A DNA stretch of 64,000 nucleotides from Octopus vulgaris. Taxonomy: Eukaryota. Under the pieces are notes generated by a model. It saw only the letters and a list, made by a program, of their open reading frames with translations. It had not been told where the DNA came from and did no database searches. Every line of letters begins with the position of its first letter. The first letter of the stretch is position 1. Below, piece after piece: positions 38,490-54,056 of the stretch. Location of the stretch: assembly GCA_951406725.2 (NCBI GenBank), contig OX597828.1, forward strand, positions 28,334,001-28,398,000, given 5' to 3'. Made by a program: the position numbers and the translations under genes.

Positions 38490-38830
38490 CCCATTATTAT
38501 TATTATTATTATTACCATTGTCATTATTCTTTTTAACTCAGAGTTTGCTGGAACTCCTGGGTTCTTGGATGTGTAGCGGGCTTGCTGTCTGCAGCCTACA
38601 GTACCATGTTATCAGTTCCTTTCCAATTGTCTAGCATTCTCTTGATTATTCTGGCCATGCTAAGGAGGCAGACCTTTTGTAAAAGTTCTACTGAGGACTC
38701 TATTCTGATTCCCTTTAAATTCCTCTTGATGCTTTCTGATACTGTCCCCAAGGAACCAACAATAATTGGTACTATCTTCACCTTCTTCATTTTCCATAGC
38801 CAGGCTATTTCACACTGAAGAGGATTGTAA
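38490..38830 (-). mobile_element. Second R4/Dong-type LINE 3' end
   Basis: ORF 38596-38859 contains CEIAWLWKMKKVKIVPIIVGSLGTVS...VELLQKVCLLSMARIIKRML. Confidence 0.8.
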
Positions 38831-39524
38831 ATATCTATTTTTATCATCATCATGTTCACCTATATATTTTTTATATATATATATATATACATGTATGTGC
38901 ATCTATCTATACATCGACACATACTTGGATATAGATATATATATTCATATTAATGCTTATATATGTATATATATATATATATATATGTAAATAAATCTAC
39001 ACACACACTTCTATGTATAAATACTCATAGTTAACTGAATTGCCCTATATAATCTGTTGCACTTGAGATCATTACTCAACAACAGTATATATACATATGT
39101 ATATACTGTGAGCATGTGCATGTACACTTTCCGATCCTTTTAATCTCTCTCTTGCCCTCTCCCTCCCTTACTACCTTTCTAGGTTGCCTAAGCAATTGTA
39201 CATACCTAACGTTATTGAGTACACCCTACATTTACTCTTTAAAACTTCCACTTTGATGTCCCTCCCTTTCGCCTTCCCCTCTGCAAAATTGCATGCCATA
39301 GGTTAGTAAAGGGCTCTCTATATTTACTGAATGCAAAGCACTATGGCCTATGTGTCAGTGCCACCAAAGAATCCAGTCTGGTCCTCTGCAGATGAATGGT
39401 AGAGGGGTCTGCCTCACTGGTGCAGGTACAATAAAGCTCCAGTCTGTTCCCATTGTAAAATGATCGAAAAATGAACCAAGAAAGTGTAGGGTTATGTGGT
39501 CCCTTCAATCGCGTATTGCTGTGA

Positions 39525-39810
39525 AGGTGCATGGCTTCATGGTTAGAGTATTCGGCTCATGATCATTTAGTCATGAGTTCAATTCCCAGCTGCATCTTGT
39601 GTCCTTAAGCAAAGTGCTTCATTTCACGTTGGTCCAGTCGACTCAGGTGGTAAAGATGAGTTGTACATGTATCTCCGTGAGAACTACATTAAGGATACAT
39701 GTATCTGTGGAATACCCAACCACTTTGCACATTAATTTCATAAGAAGGCTATTCTGTTGGTCAGACCAACTGGAATACTTTCTGTCATAACCAACAGAAA
39801 GCCAGTTATG
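39525..39810 (+). mobile_element. Diverged tRNA-derived SINE
   Basis: GGTGCATGGCTTCATGGTTAGAGTATTCGGCTCATGAT...GAGTTCAATTCCC. Confidence 0.6.
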
Positions 39811-40215
39811 GCTGAGCTCTTTTCAAATTCTCCTCTATTCCTGCCACAAGAAAATATATTTGGTAGAGAAGTTGGAATTAGAAAGGGCATTTAGACATTA
39901 AAACCAAGCTGACATGAGTAAGCTACAGGTTCTTACATTACATTGGAATGGCATCCATCCAATGCCAAAACTTTTATTGGAGCCTGACGTAGTCTTACAG
40001 ATTCTCTAATTCTATCAAACCATCCAATCCATGCCAACATGGTGGTAGAAGGTCATTATTTTACAAATATACGTGAAATATATGTAAAATATATATACAT
40101 ATATGTTTGTGTGTATTAAATTAATAATTATATATAGACCCCGGTCGAAACCGTCCAAAACGTGCTAGCGCGGAAAACGGACGTTAAACGATGATGATGA
40201 TGATGATGATATATA

Positions 40216-40257
<42 letters not shown>

Positions 40258-40416
40258 CAATTATTAATTTAATATATAAATTGCTATAAATTGAATTTTT
40301 CCATGCTGACTACCTGACAATTATCATTAATGTGATTTTTATCCTTATTTTATGAATATTTATATATGTATAAATATGCATATATAAATATATATATGTG
40401 TGTATATATACATTTA

Positions 40417-40655
40417 CAGTAATACCTCGTTTTTTTCGAACAACAATGATCACGAATAACTCCTGCTTTATATATAGATATACATATATAGAAAGATAGA
40501 TAGACAGACCGACAGATAGATAAAGCACGATTTATTCATGATCAGAGGTATTCATAAACTAAGGTAATACTGTATTAAATGAATATGAGAAAAACAGGAG
40601 ATAAAGTATGATTTATTTGTGATCAGAGATGTTCGAAAACTGTGGTTCTACTGTG
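40417..40655. mobile_element. pogo/Tigger-like MITE remnant with two right-end copies
   Basis: Left end TA-CAGTAATACCTCG; right ends AAGGTAATACTG-TA (~40572) and GTGGTTCTACTG (~40653). Confidence 0.5.
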
Positions 40656-41153
40656 TATACATACACACATATATATATATAATAAACATAATGAGTGTTT
40701 GTGCCTTCTTTGAACATTGCTTCATGGTTGTAAACGAGCACCATTGTCATACCAGCGATGGTATTTACTTTTGATATCTGGTCATAGGGAAATATTGCCT
40801 CGTTTCGGAGTCAGTGAAATCTGGCAATACAGTAATCATTGGCTCTTCAGATCAATGAATTCTTTTTGACCCATGCAAAACAGTGGTCATTAAACCTATG
40901 GCAGTGTGTGTGTGTGCATGGATGAATGTATGTATATGCATGTGTATATGTGAGCATTCATATTTAAATGATGTGAACAATAAAACTGAAATAGACAATG
41001 CAAGAGGGATGATATTTAACACATATATTACGTTAATATGTGTGTGTGTATATATATATGTATATATATATATGTATACACGTGTATATACGTAAATATG
41101 TATCTATTTATCTATCTTTGTCTCTCTCTTCCCCTATCTCTCTCTCTCTCTCT

Positions 41154-41186
<33 letters not shown>

Positions 41187-41202
41187 TGCATGAATATATA
41201 CA

Positions 41203-41304
<102 letters not shown>

Positions 41305-41394
41305 TCCTAACTATGGTAGCATGGAAGGCAGACATTAAATGATGATGATGATGATATAAATATTTAAATGTACACTTATGTATAGATATATGTG

Positions 41395-41438
<44 letters not shown>

Positions 41439-41830
41439 CACACACACAAATACACACTTATGTGTATGTGCATTTAGGCATATCAGTGTAGTTAAGTAGC
41501 TTGCTTTATAACCATGTCGTTTCATGTTCAATTCGATTTTGTGGCACCTTCCACTAGGGTTGGGTCTACGAATGCCTTATGAGTGAGTTTAGTTGACACA
41601 AACTGTGTATATGTGCGTGGGTGAGTGCATGCTTGTATCAGTATTTGTCCCACTCCACTCCACTGATTGAAAACAAGTTTTTGTTACTTTATGTAACCTA
41701 GCAGGTATCACTCTAAATCACATCAGGGCAGTGCCCCAGCATGGCCACATTTCAATGACTGAAACAAGTAAAAGAGGAGCAGTGAAAAACATAAATATAA
41801 ATATATTGATACTTTCATATGCATGTATAC

Positions 41831-41865
<35 letters not shown>

Positions 41866-41999
41866 TAAATGCATTTATTTTGTAACGCTTTGCTTTATTA
41901 GATACCCCCAAGTCTTCAGGAAAGAATGTGAACTCGTATAATCTCATGCTTAGATCTTTGTATTTGCATGCATGTGTATGTATGTTAGAGTAGAAATAC

Positions 42000-42230
42000 G
42001 TTGACACTCACACACATACATTTATATGGATATATGTATATGTATCGATATATGTGTGCATGTGTATGTTTGTGTGTGTGTATATATATGCATGTAAATA
42101 TATGTTTATATATAAATATGTATGTGTATATATATATGTATATATACATGTGTATGTATATATATATATATATATATGTATGTATACATATATATATATG
42201 TATGTATACATACATATATATATATGTATG

Positions 42231-42283
<53 letters not shown>

Positions 42284-43032
42284 GTATGTATACATATATA
42301 TATATATATATGTATGTATATACATACAAATATATATATATAAATATATGTCTATATATATATATATGTATACATATATATACATGTTATGTATGATGCA
42401 TCTAAATATATGTTTCCGTATATATGTATATGTTTATATCAATGTATATATAGAGATATATGGATATATATGTGTGTATATATACATGTATATATGTATA
42501 CATATGCATATATATATATATATATATATATATGTTTGCTTGTATATATATCTATAAATATATGCTTGTATATATATCTATAAATATATGTGTATGCATT
42601 TATAATGTATATGTACGGGTATATACATGTTTATATATGTGTATACATTTATGTAATAAGATATGCCACTCTTTATGTATGCTTGTTTGTGTGTGTGTTT
42701 GAGCAGTTTATATGACAGTTCAAACCATGCTGCTGACTATTTGCTTTCCCCTAAGGCAATACACATTATATATATATTAATATCCTCATGGTTATGAAAT
42801 GTAATACAACTGGAAACTCACTTGCTATTATGTATAGCGAAATATTAAAGTTGTCTAAAATTTAAGCTGCTTCATATCCTTAATACAGAATTCTGATTAT
42901 ACAATATGAAAAAAACTTTTTGCTTCAATATTATCAGCACTTCTGTTCCTATACCAGCACGAGTGGTTCATGCTGTATGTAGAATATTAATGTAGTTGTA
43001 TATAAATGCTATAATGTACATATAGACATATA

Positions 43033-43086
<54 letters not shown>

Positions 43087-43095
43087 TATATCATG

Positions 43096-43143
<48 letters not shown>

Positions 43144-43203
43144 TATGTATATATATATATATATGTATATATATGTATATACATATATATATTATGTATT
43201 ATG

Positions 43204-43262
<59 letters not shown>
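42000..43262. repeat. Long degenerate (TA)n/(TG)n field
   Basis: Seen directly; interrupted by unique sequence at ~42700-43010. Confidence 0.9.
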
Positions 43263-43264
<2 letters not shown>

Positions 43265-43795
43265 AAGTGTTTTGATTCGGCTCCATGCTACTCCATGTTT
43301 TACAGGTCCCTAATGGGATCCCGACTCCCTCGGGCGGTCTGTGATCATGTGGTAAGAAATTTGCTTTCCCACCATATGACTCTCACTTCAGTCCCATTGC
43401 ATGGCACCTTCGGCAAGTGTCTTCTACTACAGCCTCAGGCTGGAGGAATCCATGTGAGTGGATTTGGTAGACAGAACTGAAAGAAGTCCATCGTGTGTGT
43501 GTGTGTGTGTGCATACATGGAGATACATTTTCATATCTGTCTTTGTGTTCCACCACTGCTTGACAACCAGTGTTAGAGTGTTTGCATTCCTGTAACTTTG
43601 CAGTTCAGCAAAAGGGATTGATATATCAGGTAGCAGACTTTAAGCAAAATAAAAATATATATTCATCTGCATATATGTGCATATATTATACATATATATA
43701 TACATTTTATATATATATATATATTTTATATTTTATATATATATATATACTCTTTTACTTGTTTCAGCCATCCGGCTGATATATATATATATATA

Positions 43796-43874
<79 letters not shown>

Positions 43875-44397
43875 GTCAAGAGAAACAGAGAAAATGAGAT
43901 AAATAGATAGGTGCACACATACACACACACATATATATTTACACATAAATATCAGAACAAAATGGTCAAAGGTCCTCCCAAACCATAGGTTGAAAGGTCC
44001 ATTTCCTGGATGAGACGCTGATCCATCTCAGGGTTACACATTTCTGCCATCTGAGTGAAGCAATGGCCCAGGAACTGAAACTGCAATCTTACAAACATGA
44101 GTGCAACACACTAACCACTACGCCGTGCACCTCCACACACCCACACACACATATATATATATATGTACACATCTATACACACTCATGCAATATAGATATG
44201 TGCATATTATACACACAAACATGTACATGGCATGGTTGGTAGTTAGAATTATGCTTCTGAATCACAAGGTTCTGTGTTCAATCCCAGCATGTGGTACCAC
44301 AGGCAATAGTTTTCTATTGGCGCCTGGGACTAACTAGAAACTTCTGAGTAGATTTGGTAGAGAGAAACAAAAGAAGCCCATTATATTTATGTATGTT

Positions 44398-44466
<69 letters not shown>

Positions 44467-44543
44467 AATAATCTGAAAATGGAGAAAACCTCAGATTAAC
44501 ATTATATATATACATATGTTTGTGCATATGTATGCATGTGTAC

Positions 44544-44580
<37 letters not shown>

Positions 44581-44867
44581 ATATATGTGTGAGCATATAT
44601 ATATGATTATATAAGTTTAATTTATATATACTGGCACATAAACATATTAACACACACACACACACATATATATATATAAAAATATACATTTATATATGTA
44701 TATATGTGTGTACCCTTCTATGTATCTGTTTACATCATGCACAAATATACATATAGTTATATTTGTACATATGTATAGGTACTTGCAAGGGTATAAAAGG
44801 AGGAAAGTACATGTGTGTATATATGCATATTAATACATAAACACACACATATTTATGTATGTGTGTA

Positions 44868-44913
<46 letters not shown>

Positions 44914-45416
44914 TATATATATACATATATATATATGCATGTGTAAATATATATATATACATATATGAATAAAATATATGTATATATATATATATATATA
45001 CACATACAAACAAATCCATGTATAAAGTTATGCAATTGTATAAATTCTTTGTTCTTTTTTCTGTCTCACTGATTTCAAGTTTAGTGCATCTTGTGTTAGT
45101 CACCTGTGCCAAACCACCAATTTATTGAATGTAAACAAACAGACACCGCTTACCAAGCAATGAGAGTCTAACACCTGGATCTGTACATAGCCTCTCTCAC
45201 ACACAAACACATTTTCTGCCTACTGCATTCCTTCCATTAGCATTGATTTTCCCAAGTTTATTACTAATTGCTCTGTGTCATGTACAGTAGGACTGAACCT
45301 GCAAGCAAGTATTTACAGAGCAAAGTTCTGATCCACATAGCATATATATATATATACACACACATATATATTTTGTTTTGGGATTTGGTTTGCAAATGTA
45401 ATGGCTCTCCCCAGAC

Positions 45417-45539
<123 letters not shown>

Positions 45540-45634
45540 CCTAACACACCCACACATGAATACAGATATATACACATATATATGATTATATATATATATA
45601 TATACTTTTCTGTATCTATATATCTGTGTGTGCA

Positions 45635-45677
<43 letters not shown>

Positions 45678-46139
45678 CCTATATTGTTGCCATTCTTCAC
45701 CAACTAAATAAATTTTATATATAAAACTTTCGTAGTTGCTGAGGAATGAGAATAATGTAGGCTGGAGGTTTTAGAATGACTTTTTTTTAACATGTGTCAA
45801 GGTACCTCCCAATACAGAGTATATACAGAGAGGTTCTATATTCCCTCTTTATATATTGATTACATTTAGTAAAATTTTGGGGCCTCAGAAAAGCAGCTTC
45901 CCATCTATATACTGATCCGAACTTAGAAACATCAACCCGGTTATGAGGCAATAACTACACATATGATTTGATTCCACCCATCGTACCCTGCACACTTTAT
46001 GCTCATAGCCTGAGTGGATGTAGAACTATTATGATTATACATATATATTAATATATATACACACACACACACACATATATATATATGTCAGTGTGTGTAT
46101 GCATATATGCATGTATTTTTGTATGATATAAATATGTAC

Positions 46140-46172
<33 letters not shown>

Positions 46173-46536
46173 TATATAAATAGGTGAATGAATTATCCTA
46201 TGTTTATCGTCAGCATGGAAAATTCGTTTAACCGAAACCTGGGTAGCAAATTCACGTCAGAAACACGGTTTAAGCGACCTGTCCAAGGGTAGAAATTCCG
46301 GGTTCATGTGCAGAAATTTGTGTATTGTATATGATTTAATGAATAAATATATATATATATAGCATATGCATATATATGTATATATGCATATGTATACATA
46401 TATATATATATTCATATATATATACACATACATACATATATAATGGGCTTCTTTCAGTTTTCATCTACTAAATCCACTCACAAGGCTTAGGTCGGCATGA
46501 GGGTATAGTAGAATAGTAGAAGACATTAGTATATGT

Positions 46537-46593
<57 letters not shown>

Positions 46594-46619
46594 CATACAT
46601 ACATACATACATACATACA

Positions 46620-46682
<63 letters not shown>

Positions 46683-46735
46683 TTATGTGCTATTAAGTTG
46701 GCCTTGCCCAATACTGGCCAAAACCTATCAAAGTA

Positions 46736-46766
<31 letters not shown>

Positions 46767-47588
46767 TTGTTTTATGATTTGTTTATGTATAAATAGATAT
46801 ATATATATACACACACATACACACATATATGTATGTATAGATATATATGTTTATGCATAAATACATATATGTGTATATATATTTATATATATGTATACTC
46901 CTCATCATAATTATAGTATCGTTATCTCCATATATATATGTATATATACATATATATATATATTTATGCAGGGAGATAGATATAAATATATTAAGATATA
47001 TATATAAGAATGTATATACAAATATATGGACATGGAAATAAAGATATGTTTATTTATACAGAGATAGATGCAAGCCTGACCATGTTGTATGAAGATTGCT
47101 TCCCAACTACAGTGTTTTGAGTTCAGTCTCACTGCTAGACAGTTTCGGCAAGTGTCTGCTACTTATAGCATAACGCCAACCAAAACCATGTGAATGGCTT
47201 TGTTAGATGGAAATTGTTGTGTATAAAATATACATATGTATATGTGGATAGCATCATCATCGTTAATTGACATCCGCTTAAACAATGCTGAAGATGATAT
47301 ATATACACACACACACACACATATATATATATGTATGTGTGTAAATGTGTTTGTGTTAGACACCCCACTAATTGCTTGACACCCGGTGTCGGTTTGTTTA
47401 CATTGCCACAACGTGGCAGTTTAACAAGGTAAACAGCGTAAATACCTGATTTAAAACAAAAATAAGACTAGGGTTGATTTGTTCTTTGAAGCTGTGACAC
47501 AGCATGGCCTCACCCATTTGACTAACAAAAGCAGATATGTGTAAAGATATATATATATAACGATATATATTTATATATCTATATATAT

Positions 47589-47967
47589 ACTCTTTTACTC
47601 TTTTACTTATTTCAGTCTTTTATTACCGCCTTTAATCGAGCAACTCGACCCCGGGACTTATTCTTTGTATGCCCAGTACTTATTCTATCGGTCTCTTTTG
47701 CTGAACCGCTAAGTAACGGGACATAAACACACCAGCATTGGTTTTCAAGCAATGCTAGGGGGACAAGCACAGACACACAAACACACATATATATACATAT
47801 ATACGACGAGCTTCTTTCAGTTTCCGTCTACCAAATCCACTCACAAGGCTTTGGTCGGCCCGAGGCTATAGTAGAAGACACTTGCCCAAGGTGCCACGCA
47901 GTGGGACTGAACCCGGAACCATGTGGTTGGTAAGCAAGCTACATACCACACAGCCACTCCTGCGCCT
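47589..47967 (-). mobile_element. Full-length, low-divergence SINE family A
   Basis: Reverse complement of family A from GGCGCAGGAGTGG to AAAAGAGTAAAAGAG, with a small internal deletion. Confidence 0.9.
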
Positions 47968-48173
47968 ACAGAAACTCTTACTCAGAGTTTCACATTCCCG
48001 TTTGTCAAACAGTTTTGTTTAGAATGAAACAAAAATAGGGTTATAAGCAAACACATATACATTTAGAATTGTATATATAGATATTTTTGCTTCTTTTAAA
48101 TAAAGCATATTACTCTGCCTCTAGTATTCAACTACTATTTTTTCCACCTTGTTTTACATTTTTGTGCTTACTT

Positions 48174-48238
<65 letters not shown>

Positions 48239-48838
48239 AAGATATATATACATATATATGTGTGTGTGTGTGTGTCTGTGTGGATAGATAGGGAGATGTA
48301 TGTATACATATATATATATATAAGTATCTATATTTACATGTATGTATGCACATTTATGTGTGTGTGTGTGTGTGTGCATGCATGCTCATATATGCATACA
48401 TATGCATGTCTGCATATTTTGTTTCTGCTTTGATTAACATTCAAATACCTAAGTGTATCTGTGTTTGTGTTTGTATCAAGGTGTATGTGTGTGTGTGTGC
48501 AGGTTTATCAGGTATAATTAAACTCTTAACTGTCATTTACCCCTCTGTGAGGCTTGTGCTTATCTTCTGTGTGATGCCCATAAACTGATGAGAAATATAT
48601 TTCTCCCCTCCTGGGACCCCTATTTAATGATATATTACTTGCTAGAGGGTTACATCGCTTACTTCCATAGTTATTTCAGTTTGTTGTGATGGAATGTTGT
48701 AGCTCACCCAAACCCAAAATAATGATCGTATCACCTGTATTGGTACCTGTTTATATAAATATTTAGATACGGAGATAATTGACTACAATTTCAGAGACAT
48801 GTGTCTACATCGAATATTTATATTTGTTTATTTCTACA

Positions 48839-48886
<48 letters not shown>

Positions 48887-50081
48887 TTTGGATATATTTT
48901 GAGACATATGTTTGTGTTTATTTTTACATGTTCATGCAGGTATGTGTGCATGCATGTGTGTGTATGAACACACACACACACATGTACATATATGAGCATA
49001 CATGTGTGAGTGTGTGTGTATGTGTTTGTATATTTATCTATGTTTGTTAAAGCTATATACATACATGCATGTATATATAAATAGGTGTGTGTGTATATAT
49101 ATATGTGTATGTGTGTGTTTGTATTCATGTGTTGCTTCTATGTTTATGTTTTCATGTACATGGACGTTTATATATATATATGTGTGTGTGTGTCTGCATG
49201 TGTGTACATTTGTATATGTTTATATTAATGTGTGTGTATATGCATATATATATATATATATGCAAATATATATATGTACACATATATGTACACATATATG
49301 TACACATATATGTACACATATATATTTATATATATATTTATATATATATATGCAAATATAAATGTGTACATATATATATATATGCAAATTTATAGGTGTA
49401 CATATATATACACATATGTAGACATATACATATATATATATATATATATACATGTATATATATACATGTATATATATATACATGTATATATATACATGTA
49501 TATATATATATATACATAAAAGGACTTATACATATACATATATATATATATGTATATGCATATAGGTATGCTTATGCAAATATATATATATTAGTATAGT
49601 CGTATATTTATGTGTACGTGTGTATTTTTCTATGCCTTTTTCATAGATGTATTTTTTGTCAAATAATAGTATATATATATATATGTGTGTGTATGTGTGT
49701 GTGTGTGATATAAGTATACCTGAATAATTCTCAAATTCACAGCTTTATCAATGGTTTTTGTCTCTAGGAATTCTTCCATTCTTCAATAGCTTTGCCGGTT
49801 CAATAAGTAGAAAGGCTTATTGGTTAATTGGTTAATTGTCGATTAATTGAAGAAGAGATAAACGAATTGCACCACAATTCTGTGATTATCACAGTGTGAA
49901 TTTTTTGGCAGAAAATACCATTTGCTTCATGGTTCTTATGAAGTTTCTTACAAAGCTATAAGTCACTAGAATTATCTCTTAATTTTTAATGTGATATGTG
50001 ATGCCATAGCATAATCAAGAGTAATTTGTGACTTATAGAAATATACCTATGTGCTGCACTGAACATACATATATAACAATA

Positions 50082-50115
<34 letters not shown>

Positions 50116-50120
<5 letters not shown>

Positions 50121-50484
50121 CAGGAGTGGCTGTGTGATGAGTAGCTTGCTTACCAACCACATGGTTCCGGGTTCAGTTCCACTGTGTGGCACCTTGGGCT
50201 AGTGTCTTCTACTATAGCCTCGGGCCGACCAAAGCCTTGTGAGTAGATTTGGTAGATGGAAACTGAAAGAAGCCCGTCGTATATATGTATATATATATAT
50301 ATGTATGTGCGTGTATGTTTGTGTGTCTGTGTTTGTCCGCCTAGCATTGCTTGACAACTGATGCTGGTGTGTTTATGTCCCCGTCACTTAGCGGTTCGGC
50401 AAAAGAGACCGATAGAATAAGTACTGGGCTTATAAAGAATAAGTCCCGGGGTCAAGTTGCTCGATTAAAGGCGGTGCTCCAGCA
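50116..50484 (+). mobile_element. SINE family A, 3' truncated
   Basis: Matches family A and stops at GGTGCTCCAGCAT. Confidence 0.9.
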
Positions 50485-50639
50485 TATATAGGAACAAAGA
50501 GATGACGGCGAAAAGAAAACAAAGGTTATGCGTCTAATATTGTGTTCTGGACCATATTTACATATATTGAGTTCTACACCTGCTAAGTAGTCTCGCTATG
50601 CTGAAGCAAAATATTAAAATATATATATATGCATGTATG

Positions 50640-50674
<35 letters not shown>

Positions 50675-50690
50675 ATATATAAATACATAT

Positions 50691-50776
<86 letters not shown>

Positions 50777-51118
50777 GGTGTCCCCACAAATATATCCACA
50801 AATTTTCAAGCAATACTTTAAATATGGACTGCTTTGTACCTAAACCTGGGAATATTATTTTAAAATAATTTTGGCAAAATTTTGGTTTACTAGTGGAATA
50901 TCTTAAATTGATAAATGAAATTCATGTGGCACTTAACACTGTAACTGTTAAAATCATTAAACTTTTTATCAAGCTTATGCATAATCTAAATGCCTAAGCT
51001 TGAGGTTATAATTATTTATTGATAAAAATGCTAACAATTATTTCTCTCTGTTTCTGCTGACATTGTTAGGTGTATAAATGTTTGTAGAAACAAATGGATA
51101 TATAAAAACACTGATGCC

Positions 51119-51365
51119 AGTGTGTATATGTGTACAAGTATGCGAATGTGTGTGAATGTTCTATGTATTTATACATGTTTGTGTGTGTGTGTGTATTTAT
51201 ATACACACTTGCATGCAATCATACACACATATGTACAAACAGTATGTATATGTGTACAAGTATGCGAATATTATGTGTATGTTCTATGTATTTATATATG
51301 TTTGTGTGTGTGTGTGTGTATTTATATACACACTTGCATGCAATCATACACACATATGTACAAAC
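51119..51365. repeat. Tandem duplication, ~122 bp x2
   Basis: GTATATGTGTACAAGTATGCGAAT...CATATGTACAAAC occurs twice. Confidence 0.85.
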
Positions 51366-53458
51366 ATACACGTGTGTAACATCATCATCATCATCATCAT
51401 CCTCATCATCATTTAATGTCTGTTTTTAAGCTGGTATGGGTTGTGTGGTTTGACAGGAGTTGTCTAGGGAGAAAACTCTGCCAAGCTCCACCGTTTTGAC
51501 AGGGTTTTTATGGTTAGATGCCCTTCCTAACACCAACAACTTTACAGAATGGACTGAGTGCTTTTTTGTGATATTCCAGAATGTTTTATTTTGTTTTTTG
51601 GAGGGGGAGCAAATAACCACACACACACACTACACTTGGTTTTCACTTCAGCTTTATTATTATTCATATTTTAATGTCTTTTATCTGAAATCTTTCATCA
51701 CACATCCTGTGACTTCTTCAGTGACACTCCATCCCTTGTGTTCCCCCCCACCTGCCCTGTTTACTCCATTCTGTTTTTCTGTGGTGTATATCCTTATTTA
51801 TGCATGCCTTTCCATCTGTATCTGTGTATGTGTGTACGTGCATGTGTGTCTATGTGTTTAGTATGTGTGTTTTGAGTGTGTGTGTGTATGTATGGGTTTG
51901 CTTACTAAGCTGTTTGTACCTGTGTTTTTTATTTAATTTTTTTTATTAATTCATTTATTTATTTCTCTATTTTTATCTTATTCCATCTTAAGTATATGTC
52001 TCTTGTGTGCATGTATATGGGTTTCTGTGAGTGTATATGAGTATGTTTATAAGGAATAGAAATAAACAAATGAAAATTGTGTAATAGTCTGATCTTGACA
52101 GCTGTTTCAGGTGAACCATGATTTATGCAATACCTATGTCTGTTATGTAATAATGACCCATAATATCATAAGTGTGTGAAAGAACAAAAATTTTTTTGAG
52201 ATCCATTAGGCAAAATCATTTTATCCTTGTCTAAAGATTCTGGCAAAATTCATATTTCATTACAGTCGTTAATGAAAGGTATGTTGATGAGGTAGAGTGG
52301 GGAAAAGAAAGAAACAGAGTAAAAGATGGGAATGGAGAGGGATGGAGTAACTGGTGTAGAACTCAATATACGTATGTACGGTCCACAACACAACATTAGA
52401 GGATGGAGTGCTTTGAAGACAAGGAGGCTTGTCAAATTGCAGACAATAGTAGGAGATGCTTGTTGAGAGGTGATAAATAATTGTCTGTAGCAAAAGAAGA
52501 TATGTGATGTGAACAATGGGGCAGTTGCACCAGGGATACAGGGCAGAAGATTGGGTGGGGATTTATGACATACTGTTAAGAAGGTGGGGAGAGAGAGAGG
52601 GGGGATAAGGATGAGAAAGTGATGAGACAGTTGTACAGTTGATAAATAATTACTGTAGGAGACTGGTTCTAACGGTTGAATTATAATGATTAAGGTAATG
52701 AGAAAAAGGTTTGTAGAACTTATACACATGGAAATTATGGGAGAAAAGTGATTATGTAGGGAGATGTCATCCTGGCACAATATAGTGAGTGATTCCTGAT
52801 AGCACAGTTAACAGGTTTATCAATTTCCCATATTTGGATTTTCATCACAAACTGTGGACCAGGACGGGTTATAAGATAAGCCCTGTTAATGAAGTTCAAG
52901 CCACTGTCAACTGACAACTGAGATATAACACCTTGGGCCTAGTTGTCTCACACACAAGGGCAGGGTATCGACTACAGCCAACCCATATTATCCATGCAAT
53001 CTACGACTAGTACATTGACACTTCACTGAATGATGACTAAGTCACTGACTTGAGTTAACATCCCACTTTATATATGGTACCCAGTACAATAAACTGATGT
53101 TGCTGAATGCATTATGCTGCAAACCTGCCACCAAAGTGGCACCAGTTTTCTGCCAAAATCCTATCTGAAAATGTGAGCATAAAAATAAGGAAAATAGTAT
53201 TGCTTTGATATTGTGTCACCTGAGCTGACTAATAGAGGCATAGACACCTTAAAAGTCATCTTGAATTTCTCTTCAAACTACCACTCAGCTTGTAACATCT
53301 AACGAGATGGATGTGTTTTATACATCCATGAAACTCGTAAGTCATGAAAAGCTCAGTCATACAGAGTTGGCACTTGCAAATTCCAGGTGGGTAAGGAAGA
53401 GCCCTGTCAATGGTGCAACCTTTTGTGTGTATATATATATATATACATATATATGTCC

Positions 53459-53494
53459 CTTTCTGTAGAAGAGCGTAGGCTCGAAACGTAAAAG
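53459..53494 (+). ncRNA. Minimal type I hammerhead-like motif with CUGUAGA core
   Basis: CTTT-CTGTAGA-A-GAGC(GTAG)GCTC-GAAA-CG-TA-AAAG, at the 5' end of a ~130 bp repeat set in (TA)n. Confidence 0.55.
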
Positions 53495-53816
53495 ACTTTT
53501 TCTATTCCTGAGTGTTATACTAATACATCTGTTTGCTTTGTACACCACCTGTCTTCGTCTTTTGTTTTTTTCGTAAACTCTCCCTATATATATATGTATA
53601 TATAGGCCTGTTTTCAAAAAATTTCTTTGCAGTGATATGTTATCCGAGCGGGCACCAGTTTTGTGCTATTATCAATTGGTAATTCTGGTTATCGTTCGTG
53701 TGCTTATGTACTAATGTTTTTATCTGGTTAGTTTGACCATCCTTGGTACTTTTCACATCCAAAAGTCCAGTTGTCCCTATAGAGACTTCATTCTTTTCGA
53801 TATAGGAGAAATAATT

Positions 53817-54056
53817 AATAGTTTAAAGAAAACAGACAATACACATAGAATATTCACTTTTAATCATTGTGCAGTGATAATGAGTTCTTCCTTTTTACTT
53901 ATGTGATGTTTCAGTCATTTTGTTGTTGTCCATACTTGCACTTGAACAATAAAAAACAGCTGAAACATCACGTAGGCAAAAAAGAACTCAATATGGCTGT
54001 ATAGTGATTAAAGAATGATTATCTATGTGTATTGTCTGTTTTCTTTAAACTACTAA
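53817..54056. repeat. Fold-back inverted repeat, ~98 bp arms, ~45 bp spacer
   Basis: 53817-53914 matches the reverse complement of 53960-54056. Confidence 0.9.

Noticed and set aside
39341-39500. LINE C-terminal fragment (FIFRSFYNGNRLEL)
   Set aside because: Similarity is too weak to call.
52250-52917. 176 aa and 60 aa minus-strand ORFs
   Set aside because: Low-complexity pyrimidine-rich sequence; possibly an old PLE end, but no diagnostic motif is intact.
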